Below are positions 38,783 to 52,294 of a stretch of DNA of 64,000 nucleotides, piece by piece. Below the pieces are notes generated by a model, which was not told where the DNA came from, did not search any database, and saw nothing but the letters and a program-made list of their open reading frames with translations. The first letter of the stretch is position 1. Each line of letters begins with the position of its first letter. This stretch comes from Octopus vulgaris (lineage: Eukaryota), in the NCBI GenBank assembly GCA_951406725.2, contig OX597830.1, positions 45,322,001 through 45,386,000 on the forward strand. Direction: 5' to 3'. A program made the translations under genes and the position numbers.

Positions 38783-40104
38783 CTTTTGTTATTAGCCATA
38801 AAACTCAAAGATACATAAAAATGCAAAGAAACCTGAAAGAGTAGGCTTCCAAATAAATCTGGGCTTTGAATGTACCAGTTGTACAAAGACGAGGGGTGGA
38901 GGGGGTCATCTACCTGAGGCACTGGAGACCTCTCCTCCTCCGGGACCGAATTACTTTTACTGTCAAGGATATCTACCATTCCTCTGCTGTATTCTCGGGC
39001 CGAAAGGGTAGGCTGGGCGTAGGATTATTTATAAGACGTGGAAATAACTGACACCATTGCAAAGAACCCAAGACGAGACAATGTTCCAACGATCAAATTA
39101 GGCCAAGATGAACGGCTTAGAAAGTGAAATTATCAAATATTGTCAACTAAAAGCTAAACCAATGACGAAATAATTGATAGTTGCCCTAGTAAGAACAGTA
39201 AGTATTCACCAGTTACGTTGGTAACTTCGTAGCCTGCCCTAAACTGTTCAAATTACATATGTGTGTTTTTGCCTTTGTATTCTTCGTAAATTCGTGTTCT
39301 TGATGATCTTGTTAAATGTCACACTAATTTTTGAAAAAAGGAAAATGTGGTCGTATAAGAACATCTTGATATATGTGTATATAACATACACACATGCATG
39401 AAAAATATGGAGATATATAGACGCTTAGACATGTGAGAAAAGTCTATGTAGTGCGAGAAAATAAATGTAGGAAGAAGAATATAAAAATGTTGAATGTTGA
39501 GAGAATGTACTTGTGGTAGGTGATGTGGTAGCTAATGTGCTGGTTCTACAAGGATAAACGGCAAACTCAAAACAATGGTTTCTAACATTATCTAGTTAAA
39601 ATGTTCGAGAGGAATACCGTCGATTAATTCTATCGAGTATATTACTGGTACTTATTTATTGACTTTCATCACAATCAAATGTAAATACGGTACCGAGTTG
39701 CACTATAGTGATTTCGAACGTCCAGAAATTTTGGGAGAGCGTCTAGTAGACTAATTTTACCATAGTATATCACTGGTATATAATTTATTGAACTCTGCAA
39801 GGATGGAAGGCAAACTTAGTAAAAAGCTGAATAACGTGAATTTTTCTTTTTCCGTTTACAGGGAGCAAAAGACACTTACAACGACTGCTTTACGTTTGTT
39901 TCTTCTTTTAGGCCCATTGAGATTGTTGGGTCGAAGTTTGAACTGAGAGTGTAAACAGTCAGAATAAACAACAAGGCATTTTGTTCTACGCTCCTAACGG
40001 CTCTACCAATTCGTCATCACCTTATCAGACTTGTGAATGTCGTAACCAAAAAGAAGTTGTTGAGTTGACAGAAATAACATAAAGACACGATGCAATAAAT
40101 ATTA

Positions 40105-40320
40105 GTTTCAAATTTTGCCACAAGACTAGCAATTTCGGGGAGGGGTAAGTTGCTTGCCTCGATCCCTGTGCTCAACTGGTACTTATTTTATCGACCCCGA
40201 AAAGATGAAAGGCAAAGTCGACCCCGGCCTCAGCGGAATATGAACTTAAAACGTGAAGACAGACGAAATGGCGCTAAACATATTTTTCCCGGCATGCTAA
40301 CGATTCTGCCAGCTCGCCAC
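40105..40320 (-). mobile_element. SINE family B copy
   Basis: Reverse complement of the 19618-19851 head and body. Confidence 0.8.
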
Positions 40321-42849
40321 CTCACTATGTACTAAATAATGAAAAAAAGAACTACGAAAATATAGCATACATATATACATAGTAAAATTATAGATTTGCA
40401 GACAATAAGACATGGTGGAAGGGTATATACAAAGTGGGGAAATAAATATTTAACGGGAAATAATATTAAAATGTTGACTATTAAAAAACTTACATTCAAT
40501 ATATTGTCAAAATGAAGTCTCCACTTCTCATCCAGTTAGTTTTTTAAATAAAAACAGAAAAAATATGAACCATTTGCTGTGATTGGTTATTGCAATCGGT
40601 AATTAATGTCCATATAAGAAGAAACTATTGCTTAGAACACTTTCCTGCGGTGGTTAAAATTAAAGAACTTGGTTAGAATTTTCTGTGCAATATTTGGATG
40701 GCTTAATATTATCATTCGTCTACTGGGACACAGTTTGTATTTTGTTCGCTTGTGCCAGGAGTTGTACAACTGATTCTGGGATCACTTAGTGGAATTCCTT
40801 GTAAGACTGGATAATTTTTTCAATTTATCTCAACAGTGTATTCATTTTCGTCTATTGTGTTCTACAACCATTTATAGATCTGTTTGAATCGCAGAATCTG
40901 AAAGATCAGCTGGTACGAAAATAATCAATCACTGAAGCAAATATTTCAATGATGTGAAAGATAAATGATGATCGAATATCAAACAGCTAATGATTATTTC
41001 CGGTTCAGTGATCGATTGAACTTCAAAGTAAACATCAAATATTGCATTTCACCGTGAAAATGTTATTTACAAATCTCCAGCAATGGAGTTAAATGTTCTT
41101 TCTTACGGCTCCTGCAGATAATGGTAATGTGTGCGTAAGCATATGCACACGCAAGTGAAGTATGTGTGCGTCTGTATCTGTATATGTTTTTCTCTGTGTG
41201 TTGATGTTTCTGCGCTGTGCATGTGTGTTGGAGAAAGTGTTTGAATTAAATGAAAGGCCGGTAACTAATTCTGAATTTCCGAAAGGAAATCTATGCTATT
41301 TGTATACGTACGCATGTTCTACTACTACTAGAGAGCTATGATACATGAAGGGCAAATCAAGTCCTTCACCACTGTAAAATTTAAACCATGGGTCATAAAA
41401 AAACACTTTCTTGAGTTCTGAACTTCTGGCCGAAATAAAAGTCAAAAAGTTGGGAAAATAGCGATAAATTGAAGGCTTGTGAGACTGAACGGTTTCTTTC
41501 GATATTGAAGCAGTACAGCATAAAAAAAACCCCATAGCATACCTATTAAATGGTGAATAAATAAACCTTACGTTCGATAATAAAGAATAATGATATACAG
41601 GGAAATATATTGTTCTAAAAATAGTTGTTTGAAAAATCTGTTTGATTTGCTGAATTATTGAGAAAGGTTTAAGAGAAGTAGATGAAAGGCAAGTCGTCTG
41701 ATTCAACCATTCTCCAAACAGAAAGAGCTTCTATGTCATGCAGTAATTTAGAATAAGCCCCCAAAATTCTCTTCAATATTTATTGTCGCCTTAGATTTCT
41801 TGTATCCGAGTCTTTTTCTTTGAATAATCAACATGTCTGTAAATCAATATATTCCATCAGTGGAGGCAAGCTACAATCATTTCCGTAAATCTCTTTGCGG
41901 TAAATTCTTCATTTATAAACTTTCCCTTTTCTCTTTACTTCCGCTTTCAAACACAACTTCCTATTATGTTGCTTTTTTTCCGTTCATGTCATTTTCTTTC
42001 ATCTATTCATCGTACCAGCATATTTTCCCTCAATCAATACCCCATCCTCTCACTAAATCGTTATATTTCTTCGAAAGTTCGTGCCGACTATCTCGCAAGA
42101 TTATATATATATATCCTATCTAGAGAAGGATAGGTGGCACGTTCCTAGTTTCCCTTTTATTCCGTTGATACTCATACTTTAAAGAAGATTCTAGATGATG
42201 AAAGAAGACCATGATTACTTCTTTCACCGTTATTTCCTTACCATCTCTTCTATCTCTCTCATTAGTTTCTCTATTCTCATCCGGGTTATCTCCCCTAATC
42301 TCATTCCTTCTATAATAATCAAGGTCACGTGAGTCAACTTATCAAAAAAACATTTCGAAGAATTATGATCTTGTTCAACCCTAGGTCAGTTTTGATAAAG
42401 CCCACCTATGATCATAAACCTTCCAATTGTGCCCATCTCATTCATTTTTTTTTTTTCAGATAAATGAACCTTCCTTTACGTTATCCAATATACTCTTTGG
42501 GGCGGGTGGGAGATTTGACAATTATTTCTAACAGAGCGTCAACAAGTGAGTGTGCGCGTGCAGTTGTATATAAGATTAAGTTTATATGTCTGTATAAGTT
42601 TGTACGTGCATGTGAGAATGCGTGCGAATATGTGGTAATGTGTGTGTGTGAGCAGGTGAGTATATGTGTATGTATGTATGTATGTGTATGAGTATTTGAG
42701 AGAATATGCGAGTGTGTGCACTTATAACTGAGTGTGTGGTGAGGAGAGAGAAAGCGAAATACTATGTGAGTGTGTTTGAGTGTGCGTTTATGTATGTGTG
42801 AGTATATGATCTACTTATTTAAGTGTATAGCTAGAGACTTGTTATGCAG

Positions 42850-43265
42850 AGCAGCCATACAAGAGCAGCTGTAATAACGAATACAATCTGAAACCAATTT
42901 TGGGCTGAAACAACAAAAATCCGATTCTATAGTGTAACAATTCTGTATGGTAGTGAAGACATGGAAGATGTCAGCGAAGGCGACCCAAATGCTGGACATG
43001 TCCCACCAAAAATGCCTACTGGATCTCTTCCAGCTCATCCGACAATACAGAATTACAAATGAGAGAAAATCTTTCAGCCAAACTAATCCCAACAGCAGCA
43101 AACGCTGAGTGGCACTGAGTCGTGTCGCTTGGAAGATCATATTTTATGCCTGCTAGTCACTCGATATAGCAAGACTACAAAGAAAACCACTGAACATCTG
43201 CCACAAGACGTTCCAGGAAGGCCCCAAACGCATGAAGAATGATCAGACAGGAGCTAAAACGCTGC
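42850..43265 (+). mobile_element. Decayed RTE-clade LINE 3' fragment
   Basis: Frameshifted translation ...KTWKMSAKATQMLDMSHQKCLL...YRITNE resembles the RTE pattern LYGSETW.....L..FHQKCLR.I....RITNE. Confidence 0.55.
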
Positions 43266-46004
43266 TTTAATAGATCGATTGTGCTTCAGTAGAATGACTG
43301 TGCTTGCTGTCTTATCCATCACACTATCAATTCTAAGATTAGCTCCTAGAAAGAGACTTCTGATAAACATCCTCCGAAAACCGGGAACCAAAGCAAACTG
43401 CGGGTATACAGCAGTGTATTTTCCAAACGACAAGATAACCAGGTGAAACTTGTTTCTTTGCTGAGTGTGATTGTCTGCTTGTTTCTCAATAGGGAAGTCT
43501 TTCAGCCTTTGACAGGTTTTATTTTCAATCCGTCGATTAAATTTAGTCGAGGCGCTTTAATCGCCGATTGTTCGAAGGCAGGTTGTACTGGGTTACATGA
43601 TACTAACAGCAACAAAGTGCAAGCAAATGACGGCTGTAGATCATAGTAAGTAAACTGAAAATCCATTGTATGTACGTATGTTTATGTTTGTGTATATATC
43701 TACATTCATGTATTCGCGTGTATGTAGACATATACACCACAGAAAGAGCTCCCTGATCAAGTATAAATATACAGTAGATGGTTATGTTTCGTCTCTACCC
43801 TATCTTTAACTATGAACTCCTCTTAAGATCTGCCAGAAATGTTTAAGTAATGACCCTTCAACTCAATTGCTCACCTTTCAACATGTACTTTTATTATCTA
43901 TAACTCTTCCACCTGCTTTCATGGAGAATTCTTTTCTTAGTAATCTTTTCAATATATAACTTATCAACTTAACGCGAACTCACGTTAAAATAAGCACATC
44001 TTAATCAACATTTCCCTAATTTCTTTTTAATCTACATATCTCTGTTATCTGTAGACTACAGTTCCTTGAGTTATAGCAGATGCAGAACACACACTCCCAC
44101 ATCGCAACTCTCTCTTCTTCTGCTTCCTCTCTCTCCCCTTCTCTCTCTCTTTTTCTCATACAAACACACACACGCTACATATTTCCCTATGGCCCTAATC
44201 TTTATATAACCGACCCCTTCTTCGATAAAAGACACACCATACATTTATTAGGCCAGTTGTTAAACGGTGGTCTTTCCCCTCTAGAACTCTCCGTTAATTA
44301 CACAAGTACGCCAGATAAAGAAATCCACGGTTTTTCTTCAGAGACTTAGTCTATTTCAGTCTTTTCATAGACAAATATTATTCTCCCAGTCATTGCCTAA
44401 TCTTAGATTCTAGTCTATTTCACATTCATTTCCCACTGATCTCCATCTTACTTCGAATAAAGTGTCAATTTTTTTCAGGGATAAAAAGTATTCGTTGAAT
44501 GTGAATTCTTTAATAAATTCATTGTTTTTATTTATCGAAAAGGGTTACAGCAACCATTTAAAAAGATAAAAGAGTTTGTTGATATGCTGGACGTTGTTTT
44601 TATAATAAATCCAGAATATTTAACAGCTACATAATCGTTTGCTACATATTTTAGTCATATGTGTGCATTGCAGCAGTGTTTTTATGAAGGCCAAATGCAT
44701 GTTTTAGACATCAGTCCACAGCGTTCCCGAGCCTGTCGCTTGTGGCTTGTTCCTGTTGTTAACCAGGAATATGTTCTTATTTAAGTCTGTCTTCTGAGGT
44801 AATGGATGGCACATACAGCATTTAATGACATTCCTAATTTCTTGGGTTAAATCTCATTGGATTCTAAGTTTGTCTTTTATCCTGTAAGCCGGTAAAACAG
44901 ACACCAGTGACATATTAAGATTCAATTTCACAATATATCACCTACTCTACTAGTGTGTGACATTGTGCTAATCTAAAAAATTATTATTTAAGACTATCAT
45001 CTGGCACATATCATTTCACTGAAAGTTGTTAAACTAACCAAAAATATTCTTTTTTTTTGTTCTATTTTTTTAAAAATTATATCAGAACAGCTCCTCGTCT
45101 CGGATTGTAAATATGGATTCAGATGATATCCAGCTTGAACTACTGCGGGAGATGTATGTAGGAAGAAAAAACCCCAGAGATTTGCGAGAACTGAGCAGAG
45201 GTGGTTGATAGAAAAGAAGAGCAGAAGACAGTAGGTGGCGCTGGAAGGAGATGCTATGAAGATTACAAATTTACAGAACCAGAAACTACACTAAGTATGG
45301 AAGAAAAGATGTGATTAATCTAATTAATTGTTGCGTTTTGTTACTTAATCATTCATTGTCAATGAAATAGCATTTTTATGCAGTCAAGGAAGTTTGTATC
45401 AGCAGAATCCAAGATATAGGGGTAGTTATATAATATGGGTCACATTTGCAATTTCTAGAAACTCAGCAAATTAGCTGAGTGAAAGTATTTTGAGAAAAGG
45501 AAATGCTATATAGGCGTGGTGGTGGGGATAAAGGCGGCGTAGTATTATGTTCTTTCATTAAAATGCTTAATGATTATGGTTTGGTGTTTTTGAAGGGGAC
45601 AACAGAGTAATGTCCGCTACCATGAGATATCTGGGTTGCATGTAGTTGACTCCTGTGTGTGAAAAGGGTGGCGAGGTATCGTTTACGATGAGGTGTGTTC
45701 GAAATAGAAGTAACAATAACTTTAATGCACAGAAGAAATAGTGTGGGAGACAAATGTAATCCTGAAATACTCCAGAGTTGATAAAATGTACATCGCAAAG
45801 CAGTCTGCAAGAAAGTACAAAACAGTTTGCTTTATTTGCAGACGTGCAACTTACGGAGCCATCTTAGTTGACGTGTGATAGATAAAAGCACTCTGCAGTT
45901 TGGGGAGCATGTGATATTGCCTTTTTTGTTTTGGCCTTAGACATTATGAAGACAGATGAAAACCTTTCATTTTGTAAGGGTGTTGTAAGTTTCTTCATGT
46001 ATTA

Positions 46005-46219
46005 CGAGGAGCAGGTGAAATGTTCCTGGCTTTGAGTAAAAAAATTTAGAAGGATCAGTTAGTTATGATTGTATTCAACATATTCCCCTCACAGATTCAC
46101 ACACTTATTGCAACGGTCCTTCAATTTTTCAAAGCCTTGTAAAAGAACTCAGAAGGTTGAGCCTCCAAACAGGCCCTTCGCGACACCCTTAAAGCCAGGA
46201 ACTTTGCAGCATCCCCTCG
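46005..46219. mobile_element. Mariner-derived MITE (215 bp)
   Basis: TA|cgaggagcaggtgaaatgttcctggcttt ... aaagccaggaactttgcagcatcccctcg|TA. The TIR start resembles those of the mariners at 1160 and 14512. Confidence 0.8.
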
Positions 46220-46825
46220 TATATGCAATGTTCTCTTCTACAGCCGCAATTCATGTTGAAAGCCAACTATTTGGAGGATTGGAGACTTTCACTGTAGAAG
46301 GAATAGGGTGAAACATTACTCCACCCATAAATGTTGTCACATTAAACGCAAATAAAGCATAATGAATTTCTAATAATCTTGAGGAATCTTTAATGAAACA
46401 AGTCTCAGAAGATTTCGTCTTTAGGGTTAGAAGTCTGTATATTTATAATTTATTAAAGGTAAGAAAGTGATTTTACAGAGATCGACTCCTCAAACCCCTT
46501 TCAACTATAATACAAAAATTATACATCAAGGTCGTTCTGTGTATTCTTCAACATCATCCTGCTATGCAACATGAACTTAAGGCTGGGTTTAGAGTAATAG
46601 TGAGTTCCAGATTAAATAATCTTTATCATTAGCAGTCTTCAAACAATTACTATTCTTTCTCGAACAATTTCTAGATAGTAGTATTACGACAACAAAAGCT
46701 CGAACCCAACGGGGAAAGCGCAGTAGCTTGCAAAGGATTTGTCGCAGGTGTTCTCTTGTATAGGCTGAAATTTAGTATAACATCTAGTACTTTGCGGATT
46801 GTGGGCTTAGTCTATAGAAGAAATA

Positions 46826-47105
46826 GGGAGGAGGGAAGCACTCCGTCGGTTACGTCTGTGGCTGAGCACTCCACAGACACGCAGTTCTCGGGGATATTCA
46901 GCGTGACACAGAGTGACAGGTACAACAGAAACAGGGAGTAAGAGTGAGAGAAAGTTGTGGTGAGTACAGCAGGGATCACCACCATCCCCTGCCGGAGCCT
47001 CGTGGAGCTTTTAGGTGTTTTCGCTCAATAAACACTCACAACGCCCGGTCTGGGAATCGAAACCGCGAGTCCGCTGCCCTAACCACTGGGCCATTGCGCC
47101 TCCAC
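46826..47105 (-). mobile_element. SINE family C copy with internal deletions
   Basis: Reverse complement of the 33353 element. TSD agaagaa(a/g)ta at 46816-46825 and 47106-47115. Confidence 0.88.
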
Positions 47106-48801
47106 AGAAGAAGTATACAATAATTAGATATAGAACTTACTATCATAAATAGCGGTCAACCAAGAAAGTGAATAATCACAACATCAGCAATGGTTTCGTA
47201 TTTTAATATTAATGAGTTGTAGAATGAACGAAGTAGACTAAAAAATTGAATTACAGCAAACTGAGTCAATGATATTTTTTTCACTTCCGGTTAATTTCTT
47301 TTAGCTTCCGTTGCTTTGTCTGGGAACAGCATGAAAAACATGTTTTCTTTCAAAATCTAAAATGGTAGAACGACTCTCCTGTCAATGGGTGTGTGCCTTC
47401 GTTTGACGAGTAAACGGCGTAAGGGATTGATTGCAACCTTTCAATAGCGATAAGAAAGAAAGTTATAATTAGAAAACTATAATTATGATTAGAGATCTAT
47501 TATTAGTTGTTGTCATCGTTCTGTAAAATAGTAAATAAAATGAAGATTATTCTAGAAGGTAGCATTACAAGAAATGAACTTATGTACGTTACTACTTCAT
47601 GCACAAATTGCGGTAAGAAGATCTATTAAATCTACATCAGCTTCCGGTTGATCCCGAGAAATATTAACTGAGAATAGTTTTATCTCATCAGAAAATTTTC
47701 ACGGTAGAATTGCAATTACTTCTTCCAGTGGAATCCTTTCTAATCATTAGAAGAAAATGCCTACCCTACAATATGGAATCTGACTGCTTTACCGTAGAGG
47801 CTCATCAACACTTACGTCTTCCATTAACAGTCTCTACATAACTTTTTTCTTCATGTCAACTTGCTAATTGCCTTATCAACCCTAACATATGATAATGATC
47901 TGACAATTAATGAGCTGTTTCACATTCTTTTATTTGTATCTCTCACGTACACAAACACACACACACACAAGATGCATCTAATGCTCACAGAAAATGAGGG
48001 TGCGTCTACCTGAACAATCGACTTACTAGAAATAGCAGCAAAATTTCCAATCACACCATAAGGACAGTCCATGAAGAACTATCAGGTGCCTTAACGAATC
48101 CCAAGTCTGAGAGACTGGTAAGAAGAAAGAATGGAGTTTATTCTCAGAACAAAACCTACTCTAGACTGTTACAATTGAGGGCATTTCCCACGGACCATTT
48201 GGGTGTTGTTAAACTGGCAGATTATGTTCACGACCCGAAAACGAACTTTAAGATGTGATTAAAGGTAAGATTTGCTGTTATATCTAGCAGGTCGACCGAC
48301 TCTCGTATGAACTTGTAAAATATTTAGGTTGTTACCACGGCCCATGGGTAATTGGTGAAGAAGGGAAGTAGAATGAATTCTATCAATTCCCCTGTATTAC
48401 TATTATTATGTCCATGTTTTGCGTGGGTGCAAAGTACAGCTCACTGTAAACCTGGCATATTTTGAATCGGGGGGGGTGAAACACGATAAACTATGGCTGC
48501 CTAGTCCATCTCGGTAGGCTTTACGTATCTAAGATTACATTATCCAATGTGTCCGTCCTTTCTGAAGACAGTAGAATGTAATTTAATGGAGAACTGGTTG
48601 CCCTTTCTAGCAGATAGAGCAGCAATGCAGAAGCTGCTTCATTTGTTCATAAATACAATGAGTGGTTTAGTCAGGTGTTCGAATACAGTGATTAGTGTAT
48701 AATGAATTGGCAGTAACTAAGAGTTACTTGGCGTTTAAATGGATTGTATGGAGAAGAGGAATAATAAACATACAACTCGGAGTACAGAATCTAAACGTTT
48801 A

Positions 48802-49004
48802 TACTCTTTTACTCGTTTCAGTCATTTGACTACGGCCATGCTGGAGCACCGCCTTTAGTCGAGCAAATCGACTCCGGGACTTATTCTTTGTAAGCTCAGT
48901 ACTTATTCTATCGGTCTCTTTTGCCGAACCGCTAAGTTACGGGTACGTAAACACACCAGCATCGGTTGTCAAGCAATGCTAAGGGGACAAACACAGACAC
49001 ACAA

Positions 49005-49049
<45 letters not shown>

Positions 49050-49210
49050 TACGACAGGCTTCTTTCAGTTTCCGTCAACCAAATCCACTCACAAGGCATT
49101 GGTCGGCCCGGGGCTACAGCAGAAGACACTTGCCCAAGATGCCACGCAGTGGGACTGAACCCGGAACCATGTGGTTGGTTAGCAAGCTACTTACCACACA
49201 GCCACTCCCG
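48802..49210 (-). mobile_element. SINE family A copy
   Basis: Near-identical to 648-1086. Confidence 0.92.
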
Positions 49211-49827
49211 TCTTTAGGTATGTATTCCCCTGAGTAGTGTTAATCTTGTACATACGATTCAGTTAAGTAACTCGATCGTAACGGAGACGTACCTTGGACA
49301 CTTTAAAGCCTGTGAGGGATAATTCTTCAAGAGGTATCACACCACATATCTATGCATGTAGGGTTAGGGTTAGAAAAACGGACGATATGCTTGTTTTTCC
49401 GATGTGCACGATTGCCGAAATTTAGATGATATACTTGCAACTTGGAATGACATCTGAAGACCGAAACCACAAGGAAATCTTTACGTTATCGTTGGACCTT
49501 CTAGAAATAGTAGCCAATTTTCACTCAAATCACACCATACTGTCTTTTAAAGAAATGAATGGTGAAGTTTGCAGCACTTTAATGTCTTTGTTGCTAGATC
49601 TGCGGAGGTGGACATGGTTGGGATGCTGAATAGCAATTACAATCGCATGTCAAACGATTCGGGAAAAGAAAGCTTTACTCTGTAACGGGTAAGGAGGCAT
49701 CCATTATAAATCAGAAGCACTGAGTGGGAGTTGTGTCGTTCGTTTCTGTCTACATTCAAGAAGAAATGAACGATGGCACATTTATATACATACATAATGC
49801 ATACATAATTTCATATGCATTCATTCA

Positions 49828-50100
49828 TTGGTTAGGGCAGCGGACTCGCGGTCGGAGGATCGCGGTTTCGATTCCCAGACCGGGTGCTGTGTGTGTTTAT
49901 TGAGCGAAAACACCTAAAAAGCTCCACGAGGCTCCGGCAGGGGGTGGTGATCCCTGCTGTACTCATTCACCACTCTTTCTCTCACTCTTTCTTCTGTTGG
50001 CCTGCTCGCTTAGCCAGCGAGGTGGCGTCGTTCGAAGGCTAAAACAATGCGAACGCATTGTGACCAGCGATGTGTAGCAACATCTGATGGTCTGGTCGGA
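49828..50100 (+). mobile_element. SINE family C variant with an alternative 3' module
   Basis: Shares head and body with 33353 up to ctttctctcactctt, then continues in unrelated sequence to an A-run at 50100. Confidence 0.8.
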
Positions 50101-50104
50101 AAAA

Positions 50105-50135
<31 letters not shown>

Positions 50136-50379
50136 TATGCATACACACACACACACATTTGTAAAGATTTGATGGTGTGTCTCTACTGAAATATTATACT
50201 GAAAGATGAAAAGATACATTCATAAGTCAACCAGAGTTAGAGTTTAAATTGCAAGAAAAAAAGAAGGAATATGCGTTAAAACAAATAGTTAAATTCTTTG
50301 TACGAATGTATGCGTGCGTGCTCGGGCGTTTTTGTGCGGCGTGTGTGCGAGAGTGTATGTTCATAATACGTGTGGGTAT

Positions 50380-50581
50380 ACTTAAATTCATATATTTAAT
50401 TCATATACTTATATAAATACATACATAGACACACACACACATATGTATATACACACCCGTGTATATATACGTGTGTGTACACTTAAATTCATATATTTAA
50501 TTCATATACTTATATAAATACATACATAGACACACACACACATATGTATATACACACCCGTGTATATATACGTGTGTGTAC
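50380..50581. repeat. Perfect tandem duplication of a 101-bp unit
   Basis: acttaaattcatatatttaattc...gtgtgtgtac occurs at 50380 and 50481. Confidence 0.9.
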
Positions 50582-50589
50582 ATAGTTTT

Positions 50590-50940
50590 CATCATCATCA
50601 TCATCATTATCCTCATCACCAACATTTAACGTCCTCCTTCAGAGCTGATACGGGTTGAACGGTTTGATAGGAACTGGCAAGCCAGAAGATTCTGCCAGAC
50701 ACCAATGACTGCTTTGGCATGGTTTCTACGGCCAGATGATCTTCCTAATGATCTTCCAACCAATTTACATAATGGGTGCAGCACCAGCAAGGTTACCAAA
50801 TAACTTACAAGACAAGGCTCTTAAACTCAGGGTAGGAGTTGTATTGAGGGAGGTGCCTTTCTGCCTGTTAATGAAAAGTGAGTGTTTGATACAGGTTCAG
50901 AAACGGGTGTCTTGTTTTATAGGAGACACATGGTTACCCT
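50590..50940 (-). mobile_element. Decayed SINE/RTE-related element (family D) with (GAT)n tail
   Basis: Minus strand has ggaagatcatctggccgtagaaaccatgccaaagc and ends gacgttaaatg...(gat)n, an RTE-type tail. Confidence 0.5.
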
Positions 50941-51039
50941 AGTTGGAAAAGAGAGGCGAAGAGAGAAATAAGACTGTGAGGAGAGCGTATCGAGGCGAAC
51001 CTACAACTTACAGGGAGGTGGATACACGTGAAGTGTTAT

Positions 51040-51049
51040 ACGTATATAC

Positions 51050-51083
<34 letters not shown>

Positions 51084-51400
51084 ACGTGTATATGTACGTA
51101 TATATTAATATATATATATATACATATATATACATATAATATACATACATGTATATATATATATACATATATATATATATACATATATAAATATATATAC
51201 ATATATATATATAATATACATACATGTATATATATATATACATATATATATATACATATATAAATATATATACATATATATACATATAATATACATACAT
51301 GTATATATATATACATATATATATATACATATATAAATATATATACATATATATATATACATATATAAATATATATACATATATATATATACATATATAA

Positions 51401-51457
<57 letters not shown>

Positions 51458-51735
51458 ATATACATACATGTATATATATACATATATATAATATACATAC
51501 ATGTATATATATACATATATATAATATACATACATGTATATATATACATATATATATACATATATATATATACACATAATATACATGCACACATATATAG
51601 ACATATATATATATACATACAGTCATATATATACATACATATGCACATATATATATACACGTACATACATATATATACACATACATATATATACATATAT
51701 ATGTATGTATGTATGTATATATGTATATATAAACG
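51040..51735. repeat. (TA)n/(CATA)n minisatellite-like array
   Basis: Visible directly; recurring unit ataatatacatacatgtatatat. Confidence 0.95.
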
Positions 51736-52249
51736 TGTATGTATATGTATGCATACTAGAAATGTGTACATCAATTTTGTGTGTGTGTGTGTCATAGACA
51801 TGCATGTGAATGGGCTTCTACGTATAGAACAGAATGTATAAAAATATGCAACTATCGTGTCTTGCAATCAGTGATTCTAACCTAAATCCTGTGTCCATGT
51901 AGCATCCAGACAATCTCTCCTTTGTCCTCAAATTATCTTAATGAATAAATAAATAAACAAGTAAAATAAATCTTAGAATAAAAACTGAAATATTCAATAT
52001 TAAATAAATCATAAGCTTGTGAATTTATCATTTGAAGATATCAAACAGTATTGCAAGATGTTTTTATAACGAATAAAAACATTAGCCAATGTGCGCGCGC
52101 GTACGTGTGCTTGTGTGTGTGTGTGTGTGTGCGCGCACGCGATACATGAACAATATATTGTATAAATTTTCAGAAATCCCTCTTTTGTATATGTGATACG
52201 TTTCAGTGTCGTATGTACTTATTGAAGTGTGTGTATGTGTGTGTGAGTG

Positions 52250-52294
<45 letters not shown>

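Noticed and set aside
49358-49374. TTAGGG telomere-like motif
   Set aside because: Only about two units; expected by chance.
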